Shown one piece after another: positions 10,367 to 19,544 of a DNA stretch of 64,000 nt. Both the position numbers and the translations under genes were made by a program. Source of the stretch: a virus; IMG/VR virus record IMGVR_UViG_3300021185_001145, positions 19,591-83,590 of that record; one strand, written 5' to 3'. The notes under the pieces are model-generated. The model had not been told where the DNA came from and did not search any database. It saw only the letters and a program-made list of their open reading frames with translations. Each line of letters starts with the position of its first letter. Position 1 is the first letter of the stretch.

Positions 10367-11131
10367 TTACGGAGCCTCGCCAGCGGCGGTACTCTCAGTA
10401 AATCCAAAGTCGCCTGTAGTCAAACCATTTGCGTCATCTGCGGTTGAAGTCGTTGTTGCACCTTCAAACTGACCATCGTTAAACTGATTTTCGCCTATTG
10501 TGCTTACAACGGCAGATGTGACAAGTTGACCTTCACGGACTGCGCCGTAGATATTACTCTTCATTGTAAAAGATAAAGACCATATCAATGAACGTCTTGT
10601 TTCAAAATCACCATCATAAACATCTTCTTGTTGTAAACTGTTTAGAATGATTGGAATGTCTCTTGTTATTTCCAACTCAGGAAACTCTTTAATTGTTACA
10701 TTAAAATGTGGTGTGAAGTATGGCAAAATCTGTTCAAGTATCTGCGTACCATCTTCAGCATTTTTAGTCATTATGGATAGAGTAAAATCGAAAGTATATG
10801 GTACAGGAGCAAAAGTGTATTTCACACCTTCACCTTCTTTTTGATTTGAAAGTCTTTGACTTGAACTAATCTTTCTCTCTGCATCATATGTCATAGTATC
10901 CATTTCGAATGCCATGCGTGGGAGAGTGATAGCAGTTTCTTGGTCAAATTGTCCAGCATCAAGTCTTGCTAAAAACTTCTGTTTAGGTCCATATGAAATA
11001 GGTACTTTTCTTCTTTCAATTTCTGCACCTGCACTATCAAATCTTCTAACATAAATGTCATTGAAAAGATTACCGAAAACGATAACCATTTTTCTAATAG
11101 ATGCATGATAAAATGTATGCCCTAATGCCAT
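10367..11131 (-). CDS. gp15: Tail sheath stabilizer/completion protein
   Basis: FGNLFNDI, VPISYGPKQKFL, ITLPRMAFE, QILEQILPYFTP. Confidence 0.96.
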   Translation of the reverse strand: MALGHTFYHASIRKMVIVFGNLFNDIYVRRFDSAGAEIERRKVPISYGPKQKFLARLDAGQFDQETAITLPRMAFEMDTMTYDAERKISSSQRLSNQKEGEGVKYTFAPVPYTFDFTLSIMTKNAEDGTQILEQILPYFTPHFNVTIKEFPELEITRDIPIILNSLQQEDVYDGDFETRRSLIWSLSFTMKSNIYGAVREGQLVTSAVVSTIGENQFNDGQFEGATTTSTADDANGLTTGDFGFTESTAAGEAP

Positions 11132-11134
11132 AAT

Positions 11135-11995
11135 TTAATACTCCTCACTGAATGGGTTGTCTTCTGTAAAGTCGATAATGCTATCTGCGTCTGCTTTGAA
11201 TGCATCGTTATCTGCACTAGTTTCAGGCATTACCATCGTTTCTTTAACACCAAGAACATAAGACGCACCAGAAGTATCGCCATTTACTGTTCCACCTGTA
11301 TTAAAGTTACCATTAATTGTTTTGATTGTGAGAATTTTAGATGCTGGGTTCCAATCAGAAACTATTGCTTTTGCAGTAAAGTCTGCTAATGTAGCACCCT
11401 GATATATTTCTTCATTGACAGTATAATCTCCAGTACCATCACCTAGTGTTAGTTGAATTGTATACTGTAGTGCAGTGACTTCATCATCAATCTCTGCGAC
11501 ACCAGTATCAATCTTCTCACCATTGTATTCGAACAGTTCTGTAGATAGTCTGTAAATATATGTTTTACCAATCTGATAATACACTTCTTCATCTTCAACG
11601 AATTTGATTTCAAGTAGATTATCTGTGAGTGGGAAATATAGTAAATCGCCTTCTCTGGGTCTTGTGAAAGACATACCAGCGGCAGTTGCATCTTCTTCAA
11701 AACGAGAGTTTGCAACAACAAAATTCTGTGTATCTCTAATCTCTACGCCAAATTTAGACAAAAGGTCGCCGTCACCAGCAAAACCATCTACACCCTGTAC
11801 ATACATTTCAATAGTAAACTCATCTTCAAATGAAGAGTTTCTTACTTCATTAAAGATATCATCTACATGTGTATATTGTCGGGGAATGTACCTAATGTCT
11901 TGACCATAGATTTGTATGGCTTCAACTACTAGGTCATTAGTTAGAGATTGTTCTTCTGTGTTTGTGTAGAAATTAAAATACTGGTTCGTTGCCAT
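11135..11995 (-). CDS. gp14: Neck protein
   Basis: EAIQIYGQDIRYIPR, LSKFGVEIRD, PREGDLLYFP, DFTEDNPF. Confidence 0.96.
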   Translation of the reverse strand: MATNQYFNFYTNTEEQSLTNDLVVEAIQIYGQDIRYIPRQYTHVDDIFNEVRNSSFEDEFTIEMYVQGVDGFAGDGDLLSKFGVEIRDTQNFVVANSRFEEDATAAGMSFTRPREGDLLYFPLTDNLLEIKFVEDEEVYYQIGKTYIYRLSTELFEYNGEKIDTGVAEIDDEVTALQYTIQLTLGDGTGDYTVNEEIYQGATLADFTAKAIVSDWNPASKILTIKTINGNFNTGGTVNGDTSGASYVLGVKETMVMPETSADNDAFKADADSIIDFTEDNPFSEEY

Positions 11996-12007
11996 TGTTG
12001 ACTATCC

Positions 12008-12751
12008 TCACCCTGTATAGAAATCAACAGGCAACTCATGTGTTAAACTCATCTGTTCTTCAAGTTCTGCAATTTCTTGCTTTGCTTCTTCCAAAATAGC
12101 ACGCCCATTCATTGTGACGCCGCCTGGAAGTGCAATACCCTCATACTTAGATACGTTCATACCCCATTGCTCTTTGATTTGTGCAGTTGCATATTCTCTT
12201 AAAAATCTATCGCCCCAAATTTGTGAGAATGTAGATGGGTCAATTATCTTATAGCATTCTACGATAACATAGTCATCCACAGAAAGATTGTCAGACCAGT
12301 CCATATCAATATGTACACGGTCAGTATGTCTTTCATGTCTGATTGGGTTCACACCATTAAAGAGGTCATCTAACATTGTTAGATGTGAACGCATTGTTAC
12401 ATATTCTGAAGCAGAGGCAGATGTAAAGTCAAAAACATCATTCAAATGCATTTGATAGCGAACATCAAACATGCTTGAAGATGAAGTTGCATTATCAACG
12501 CTCAAGACACGCAAAACCGAGGTCACACTATCGTCTACTGTGATGTATTCGTTGTCAATGTCTGTCTGAGTTATTTGGTGTTTGACATAAGTACGAGTAA
12601 TAGCGTCAGAATGATAATCTTGAAAATATTCAATCGCATCATCTATTCTATCTTCTACTTGGTCAGGTGATACGTTAATTTGAATAACACCCTTGCCCAA
12701 TTTTCTTAGGCAATATTCTTTAAACTCTGTTCTGCTGGTCGGTGTTGCCAT
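12008..12751 (-). CDS. gp13: Neck protein
   Basis: KEYCLRKLG, INVSPDQVEDRIDDA, QWGMNVSKY...LPGGVTMNG. Confidence 0.96.
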   Translation of the reverse strand: MATPTSRTEFKEYCLRKLGKGVIQINVSPDQVEDRIDDAIEYFQDYHSDAITRTYVKHQITQTDIDNEYITVDDSVTSVLRVLSVDNATSSSSMFDVRYQMHLNDVFDFTSASASEYVTMRSHLTMLDDLFNGVNPIRHERHTDRVHIDMDWSDNLSVDDYVIVECYKIIDPSTFSQIWGDRFLREYATAQIKEQWGMNVSKYEGIALPGGVTMNGRAILEEAKQEIAELEEQMSLTHELPVDFYTG

Positions 12752-12824
12752 TAGTTTCTATACCCTCTGAAATGCTGTTCTTATAATACTATTTAGTTCA
12801 CGGAGAACCACCAGCAACAAGTTT

Positions 12825-12846
12825 GTGTGGGGGTTGCCCCCCACAC
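12825..12846 (-). terminator. GC-rich hairpin after the 2032-aa gene (terminator or mRNA-stabilising stem)
   Basis: GTGTGGGGG/CCCCCACAC inverted repeat; weak U-tract. Confidence 0.55.
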
Positions 12847-12860
12847 TGTTTTGCTTTTTC

Positions 12861-15800
12861 TTAGGCTTGACTTTCAGACCAAGATATCTTACCAGTCACG
12901 AAGAATGGGTTAGTACCCGAAATGTCAGATGTTGACTGTGGCTGAACTGCGATAGTCAGCAAGTCAGGACCGTTCGGGAAGATACCGTCACCACCTAGAA
13001 TTGAGTTACCAAGTTCAAGCAACTCGCCGAGGTCAATATCAAGTGAACCTGCAGAACCTTTTACTGCGTAAATGGTTGTTCCGCCAGTTAGTGTATCACC
13101 GTGGTCGTGGTCAATAATCTGTGACAACGATGGTGATTCCGCACCTTGGAAATCTGCTTTCGATGGAATCGAGTTCAGAATTAAGAAGATTTCAACGTCT
13201 TTCGAAGTAGTGATACCCGCTTGACGCAATCTCAACTGCATTCTGTTAATGATTTCACGCTCACCAACTGCACCAGTCAAAGCAGAATCCACAGAAGGTG
13301 AAAGTCTCAGTGACACTAGTGGGATTGGTCTGTCAAGTTCAATTGCTGTAACTTCACCATTGACCAATGTCGCCGCACTTGCAATGTTTGCAGTACCTGG
13401 TTCTGTGTTTGTCGCAGGATACGATGTAAACACTTTAGAAGTTGCACCGTCAAGTTTAACTTGTGTTACATATGTACCTTCAGGTAACAAAGACGAACCA
13501 CTAACTGTAATCTGAGAACCGACAACTGTTGCAGTAGCGTTTGCTTCTGTACATGGGATTGCATATACGAACACACGGGAACCATTCAGCGTAATAACAT
13601 CGAATGTTGATTCCGCATTGGATGGGAATGTTCTGCTTGCGCCGTTAGTAAATGCGAACGGTTTAGAGTTACGAGAGAACAAGTACGCTTTATCGTCATC
13701 AAATCTACCATCCATGATGATTGAAGTACCGAAGTGGAACAGTGTAGGCGCAGTAGTTGCGGCTGGACCGTTTTCAATCTCATAGCGCCCTGGAAGGTTA
13801 CCAGAACGGAAGTAGGATTCGCCAAGTCTGTTATTGTGTACAAACTCATGCATGTAGCGGATATGTCCTTCACGGTCTTTGAAACCGAAGCGAACTTTAC
13901 CAGCACCGTACCAAGAGTAGTCAGCATAACACATATGCAACTTGGTTGTATCAAGTTTAAATCCTGATGGACCTTGACCATTAGCAGTATCAATATTCCA
14001 CTCACTCTGTGGTGCTTTACGGTTTTCAGTCTTAGTGACTTTAATACCCTTAGAAGTAATACCACGATAAGCAGGCTGTACGACCATTCTCAAGTCAGAA
14101 GATACTTCAACAATCTTATAAGACTGTCCACGAATTACAACTCTATCACCAGCAACCACTTGCGTAGTAAACGATGTGTCGTTACCAGTAATCACCTGAG
14201 AGTTTCTTGTTGCAGTAACAGAACCCGCCAACTGGAGAGTAGATGAACGTACAACAGCGGAGAGTGTATTACCATCATATTCGAAGAAGAATCCGTTTTG
14301 GTCATCAAACATACCTGCACGAACAAAACTATCTTGCCAGCCGTTTCTTACATATGTTGGGAACCCAGATGCTTTTGCTTCATCAGGAACTTCAGCCATT
14401 ACATATTGGAACTGGAATGGAGTTGGTATTGCACTTACTGTGAATACACCATTATATGGGTTATTCGACAATGGTCCAACTGTAGCACCAGCAATCGTAA
14501 CGGAATCACCAACTGCTAAGTTATGCTGTTCTTGTGTGTTCACAGTAGCAGTTGTAGTGCTTGACTTAATCAACGACCTCAAGATACGAGGTGGGTTGAA
14601 GTTGATTGCAAGCGAGTTCTGAATACCTTTACCTGACTGGTATCTGAAGTATTTACGAGATTGACGAACAATCTTACTATCAGGAGAAGTACCTGCCGTA
14701 ATATCTACACCACCATCAAATGATTTATGCAAAGAATATCCATCAGGACGTAGCATAATCTGAGTAGTGAAGTAGTATGCAGAAGGTGTTGCTTGGTCTT
14801 CAGTTGGTGCATCAAACACACGAAGTTTTTCATCTGTCTGAATATCACGAACAGTCAAAGTATAAACATAGTCAGGACCAGTTACATAGATTTCATCGAA
14901 ACGCTTGAACGTTGTCAAGAAGTTTGTACCAGAACCTGTAATTTCAACATTTCCGTCTTCAAATGTTATCAGACCAGAACCAGAAATTGCTTTAACAAGT
15001 GAACGTGCCTTAAGTGTGTGTACACCTGTTTGAGCGCCCAGACCAGTTTCAATGTTATTAAGTGCAGAATCCGAAGAAACAGCAAGTTTAATTTTGTCTG
15101 CCGCAGTAACAATAACGTTAAATACGTTGTCTGTTTCATCGGTCAACATTGAAGTATTACCTGTACCTGGGTCGTATGTTACAACTTCACCAGTAATCAG
15201 GTTGTGTGGGGCGTCAAATGTAATTTCACCTGTAAGACCATCAATGTCTGTGGATTCAAATGTATATGCTCTCAATGGAATCTTAAAGTCTGTTGCAAGA
15301 ACAAACTCATTTGGATTTGGAGTTTCTTCAATGATTGCAAATACGCCATCATAAGCACCTCTAAGAGAATCCACCAAGAATTCTTGTTCACCAACAACTC
15401 CTGTGTCATTAAGTATAACTGAACCAGTAGCACCTGTGACAATAAAGCGGATTTCCCACCAGTTTGTCATACTGCCAACTCTACGGTTAATACGAGATGT
15501 TGGGTCAAACTCTACGTTCACACCAAGATTACCACCATTATCTACTAAGATAGCAGAAACATCTTTTGTTGTCCACTGAATATCGCTTCTGAATGTGGTT
15601 GTATCTGCACCACCAGAGCGACCGATAAAGTATTCAGTATTATCGCCAGTAAACTTAATCTTAACATATTCACGACTTTCGTTAAAGTCACCACGATACT
15701 CTACACCAATGATTGAAGCGCCTGTTGGAGTAATTCCTAGAGGAGTTTCAATGTTGATAAATTCAGTAACAGTCGAGTTATTTGAACGACCAACTGCGGC

Positions 15801-18800
15801 TGTTGTTGCTTGTGCAGTTGTATCAACAACTTGAGAAAGTGACAAACGGGAATCGTTTACACGGTTCAAGTTATATGCAGTGTTATTTGTCAATCCACCA
15901 ATTACTGTAGATACTACATGACTTTCAAATTTAATGTAATTCGTATCAGTTCCTGGAGTAGAAGGGTCACCACTTCCAACACCTACTTCACCAGTCACGG
16001 CAGGTTCATCAAATGCTATATATGCATTATGACTTGCCAGAGTGAATGAGTAAGTTGTAGTAGTTGCGGCATGTGATGTGCCTGTTATACCACTATATGA
16101 ATTCCATGCTTGTGCGGCGGCATCCCATTCCCAAACACTTGGTCTATCTGTATTTCCGATAGAACCAACATCACTCAATGTTACTTCATAATCTTGAGCG
16201 ACAAATGATTTAACTGTTGGGTTTTGTTCGTTCTCGCCAATATAGTCACCATTAACGATGAATGCTCCACCTTCTGCATCACCTACAAGAGTTGTAGTAT
16301 ATGTTTGCGTTGCTGGTTCATTCTGACCTGATGCATAATATTTTGCTTCTGATTGTGCAATAATTTTGTGGTTGTTCACATAGAATGTATTGTACAAGTC
16401 ATTTTCTGTAATGAAGCCGACTGTAAATTGGTCAGGATACCCAACGATATCATCTGTATTTGGTGCAATGTCCAATGTAATTCTAAACAAGTCTGGTGAA
16501 ACAACAGCAATTGTAGCATCGAATGTTTCATCTGCAATTGTCTGTACAGAACCTGAACTATCAGCAAATTTGAAACGTTGCCCAGCCGCATAGTCTGTTG
16601 CATCAACTGTGATGGTTGCAGACTGACCACTAGTAATTCCGTGGTCTGGTTGGTAAATAGTGTTTTTATCTGAACTTAGGTCAGCGACAAACATGTAATA
16701 AACATCTGAGTTATCTCCAGCAGACCCAGTGTATATAGAGTTGTTTGTAAAGTATGCAAACTCCTCAGAGGCTGTACCAAAATCAAAGTTTATTCTAAAT
16801 GTACCGTCACCGAAAACTGTTTGAGGTGAAGTAGTAGAAGACGCCGATGTTGCGTTTCTTAGTACGTTTGCTCTTGTTGGTTTAATTGTACCAAATCTAC
16901 TATTCTGCAAGTCCGCTCTTGAAGAGAAGATATCTTTAGTGAGGTCTCCACCACCACTAGCAACACCATCAGCCTTACCTTGGAATGCGAGAACCCTAGA
17001 AGGATTTACACCACCAAGACCGTACCCACTTGGGTCAAGTGCAAGGTCAGCACCAGAATGTTCATAACTCTGTGCTTTGAACAATGCTTTTTGTGCTTCA
17101 GTAAGTTCCATACGAATGTGGAAACGAATTGTACCTGAAGAGATAAGGGTCGAACTTTCGTTCAAGTCATATCTGAAATTTCCTCGACCACCGTAAGTGG
17201 AACTTGTTGATGAAACAGCCGAAGTGATATCAAAACTGTTATTAAGTTCAGTAGACGATTCCGAATCGACACCATCGCCCTCTGGGTTGTTTGGACCTGT
17301 ACCAAAAGTGATAGTACCGTTACCGTTCGGGTTATACAATGTGATGGTGCTGAGTTCGTTTGAAGCCTCAAAGTCACCATCTGCTTCACCCATATAGTCA
17401 AGGAAAAGTTTTGCGCCGCCTGCGATGAGACCATCAAGATAACCTGTGTAGCCACCAAATGCGTTAGCAACGCTAAGTCTGTGTTGGTTTTCACCATTAC
17501 CTTGACCACGAAGACGAACGGCTGTCACTACATATCGGTTAGCAGTAACCGCACTTGTTGGGGCTGAGTTAGTATCATCACCTGTTGGTGGTGCTGTGTC
17601 GTTGACATAATATGCCGAAGACTGTGGGGAGTTATACTCAGTATAAATTTGGTCATGGCGAGGCCATACTCTCCATGCTTTATATACTAGTCCAAGACGA
17701 CCCGCACCAACTGAGTTTGTGATTGTAGAAAGTGAAACTACACTACCAAGGCTGTAATTGCTATGTAACTTGATTGTATCTGCATCAATTACTTCAACAA
17801 AGTATACAGTACCATCTACTAATCCACCATCAGAGGCTTCAAAGAATGGTGAGTTGAAGAGCAAGCAAGATTTATTTGGTAGGTCGTGACCAGGCCATGA
17901 TACAGTATTGTTCACGGCATCAAATGAATTTGTTTGTAGATACAAACTATAAGTCGATTGATGGTCCCATGTAACAACTTTATTTTGTCTTACGTTACCA
18001 CGCCCAGTATCTTCTGCCGATGTAACTGCGATATTCGTAATGAAGTTTGCATCAGTATCTAAGAATGGACGACCATCTGGAGCGGTCGCTGTTGGGTTTG
18101 CGATAGTAAGAGACTTAGGACCAATTGTGTTACGAAGATATACTTTTGTACCAATTGCGAAACCGTGAGTTTCTTTTGTAACAACATCAATCTTGGAAGG
18201 TGCGCCACCATCTGTCTGTGCGCCATCAATGACGGAAACTGGGAGAGGGCTTCCTTCAAAAAATTTGGCTGGCACGATTGTAGTGTAACCACCTGAGATA
18301 TCACCAGTTGTAGATGCAGGAACGTCAAGTTCGAAGAAGAATGTGTTCTGCCCATCAACACCAGAAATAGTGAAGAAGCCTTCTGCTTGATAATCGTCAA
18401 GACCTTGAACAGATACGGGTAGACCTAATTCCAAGTTATGATTAATGCTAGTTGTAACTTTAACCTGCTTAGAACCAGCAACTGCGTCAACAGAAAGAAT
18501 ACCATCAATTGGTTTGTCACCAGAAGAAGAGTATACTGTTGGAATGTTGTTTACTGATTGAAGTGTTTCCCACTTAGTTGACTGTAGACCATATTCAAAG
18601 TCAGTATCAATCAAGTTACCTGGGTTAGATACACGAATTTTACCAACAGCATCAAGCAAATCTTCAGCAACAGTCATAACTTCGGAATCTTTGTTTACAA
18701 AGACCTGAATATTATCACCGCCACCGATATCGTCATCACCTGCGGTATCGTAATCTAAGTTGATTGTTGTTAATTCGGTTGCTTCACTAAAAGACCAAGT

Positions 18801-18959
18801 GCCTTTATAGTTCTGCGAATTGAATTGGTATAGTGTTTTCGCCGCGGTTGTATCAGTAATGAGAAGAACTTTCTCTTTACCGTGATGCCCTTTGAATGAC
18901 ACTGTACCGGCTGTTTTGTCAAAGGTGACATATGCCGATGGAATTAAATGTCTTGCCAT
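12861..18959 (-). CDS. Large virion structural/fibre protein (2032 aa)
   Basis: Beta-rich; repeated H-x-(L/F/I)-x-x-G modules (HNLELG, HGFAIG, HGITSG, HNLITG, HNLAVG); RQSRKYFRYQSGKG region; late promoter upstream; lies between neck and baseplate genes. Confidence 0.75.
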   Translation of the reverse strand: MARHLIPSAYVTFDKTAGTVSFKGHHGKEKVLLITDTTAAKTLYQFNSQNYKGTWSFSEATELTTINLDYDTAGDDDIGGGDNIQVFVNKDSEVMTVAEDLLDAVGKIRVSNPGNLIDTDFEYGLQSTKWETLQSVNNIPTVYSSSGDKPIDGILSVDAVAGSKQVKVTTSINHNLELGLPVSVQGLDDYQAEGFFTISGVDGQNTFFFELDVPASTTGDISGGYTTIVPAKFFEGSPLPVSVIDGAQTDGGAPSKIDVVTKETHGFAIGTKVYLRNTIGPKSLTIANPTATAPDGRPFLDTDANFITNIAVTSAEDTGRGNVRQNKVVTWDHQSTYSLYLQTNSFDAVNNTVSWPGHDLPNKSCLLFNSPFFEASDGGLVDGTVYFVEVIDADTIKLHSNYSLGSVVSLSTITNSVGAGRLGLVYKAWRVWPRHDQIYTEYNSPQSSAYYVNDTAPPTGDDTNSAPTSAVTANRYVVTAVRLRGQGNGENQHRLSVANAFGGYTGYLDGLIAGGAKLFLDYMGEADGDFEASNELSTITLYNPNGNGTITFGTGPNNPEGDGVDSESSTELNNSFDITSAVSSTSSTYGGRGNFRYDLNESSTLISSGTIRFHIRMELTEAQKALFKAQSYEHSGADLALDPSGYGLGGVNPSRVLAFQGKADGVASGGGDLTKDIFSSRADLQNSRFGTIKPTRANVLRNATSASSTTSPQTVFGDGTFRINFDFGTASEEFAYFTNNSIYTGSAGDNSDVYYMFVADLSSDKNTIYQPDHGITSGQSATITVDATDYAAGQRFKFADSSGSVQTIADETFDATIAVVSPDLFRITLDIAPNTDDIVGYPDQFTVGFITENDLYNTFYVNNHKIIAQSEAKYYASGQNEPATQTYTTTLVGDAEGGAFIVNGDYIGENEQNPTVKSFVAQDYEVTLSDVGSIGNTDRPSVWEWDAAAQAWNSYSGITGTSHAATTTTYSFTLASHNAYIAFDEPAVTGEVGVGSGDPSTPGTDTNYIKFESHVVSTVIGGLTNNTAYNLNRVNDSRLSLSQVVDTTAQATTAAVGRSNNSTVTEFINIETPLGITPTGASIIGVEYRGDFNESREYVKIKFTGDNTEYFIGRSGGADTTTFRSDIQWTTKDVSAILVDNGGNLGVNVEFDPTSRINRRVGSMTNWWEIRFIVTGATGSVILNDTGVVGEQEFLVDSLRGAYDGVFAIIEETPNPNEFVLATDFKIPLRAYTFESTDIDGLTGEITFDAPHNLITGEVVTYDPGTGNTSMLTDETDNVFNVIVTAADKIKLAVSSDSALNNIETGLGAQTGVHTLKARSLVKAISGSGLITFEDGNVEITGSGTNFLTTFKRFDEIYVTGPDYVYTLTVRDIQTDEKLRVFDAPTEDQATPSAYYFTTQIMLRPDGYSLHKSFDGGVDITAGTSPDSKIVRQSRKYFRYQSGKGIQNSLAINFNPPRILRSLIKSSTTTATVNTQEQHNLAVGDSVTIAGATVGPLSNNPYNGVFTVSAIPTPFQFQYVMAEVPDEAKASGFPTYVRNGWQDSFVRAGMFDDQNGFFFEYDGNTLSAVVRSSTLQLAGSVTATRNSQVITGNDTSFTTQVVAGDRVVIRGQSYKIVEVSSDLRMVVQPAYRGITSKGIKVTKTENRKAPQSEWNIDTANGQGPSGFKLDTTKLHMCYADYSWYGAGKVRFGFKDREGHIRYMHEFVHNNRLGESYFRSGNLPGRYEIENGPAATTAPTLFHFGTSIIMDGRFDDDKAYLFSRNSKPFAFTNGASRTFPSNAESTFDVITLNGSRVFVYAIPCTEANATATVVGSQITVSGSSLLPEGTYVTQVKLDGATSKVFTSYPATNTEPGTANIASAATLVNGEVTAIELDRPIPLVSLRLSPSVDSALTGAVGEREIINRMQLRLRQAGITTSKDVEIFLILNSIPSKADFQGAESPSLSQIIDHDHGDTLTGGTTIYAVKGSAGSLDIDLGELLELGNSILGGDGIFPNGPDLLTIAVQPQSTSDISGTNPFFVTGKISWSESQA

Positions 18960-19005
18960 TTTTTGTGTTCTCCCAAAATTTACATTAAGATTTGATTATC
19001 AAATA

Positions 19006-19013
19006 TATTTATA
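19006..19013 (-). promoter_or_regulatory. Late promoter
   Basis: TATAAATA upstream of 2032-aa gene. Confidence 0.75.
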
Positions 19014-19021
19014 CGACAAAC

Positions 19022-19264
19022 TTATCCGCCAAATCCGATATGATATGCCGTGATATAGTCTCTAATATCTTCATCCTGAATTCTCAATGTACCTCGAATG
19101 TTGATATCTGTTGCCAGTTTACTGGATTGTACTGCCGCATCGGCAATACGCTGTGTTGTGATTGCTTGGTCTGCATCAAGCACATTAACTACATTAATTA
19201 AGTCATTTGTTCTAGTCACCCACTGGGTAATAGAATTTGAATTGTTTAAAGTTGCGATTGTCAT
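19022..19264 (-). CDS. Small virion protein (fibre-attachment-like N-terminus)
   Basis: MTIATLNNSNSITQWVTRTNDLIN; late promoter at 19287-19294. Confidence 0.6.
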   Translation of the reverse strand: MTIATLNNSNSITQWVTRTNDLINVVNVLDADQAITTQRIADAAVQSSKLATDINIRGTLRIQDEDIRDYITAYHIGFGG

Positions 19265-19281
19265 TGGTTTCCCCTATGCTA

Positions 19282-19542
19282 TCATTTATTTATAAGTTGA
19301 GTGAGTAAAGATTTGATATCTTTTAAATCATTTTCTAAACTATTTAGTCGTTTCGTGTTTGCCGCTTGCTCTTCTTTCAATCTTTTCTTTTCTAAGTAAC
19401 TATCAATTTCTTCATCACTTAGAGTAGGTATAATTGCTTTTGAGTATGGGTCACGAATAAGATTAGGTTTATCGTGTATCCCCAAGTAAACATCGTCTAC
19501 TTGGGGTTTGATTTCAGTTTCAATCAAATTTTTATCTGGCAT
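19282..19542 (-). CDS. Hypothetical protein with C-terminal coiled coil
   Basis: LIRDPYSKAII...LENDLKDIKSLLTQL; type often seen after VrlC-like genes in marine T4-likes. Confidence 0.65.
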   Translation of the reverse strand: MPDKNLIETEIKPQVDDVYLGIHDKPNLIRDPYSKAIIPTLSDEEIDSYLEKKRLKEEQAANTKRLNSLENDLKDIKSLLTQLINK

Positions 19543-19544
19543 TA

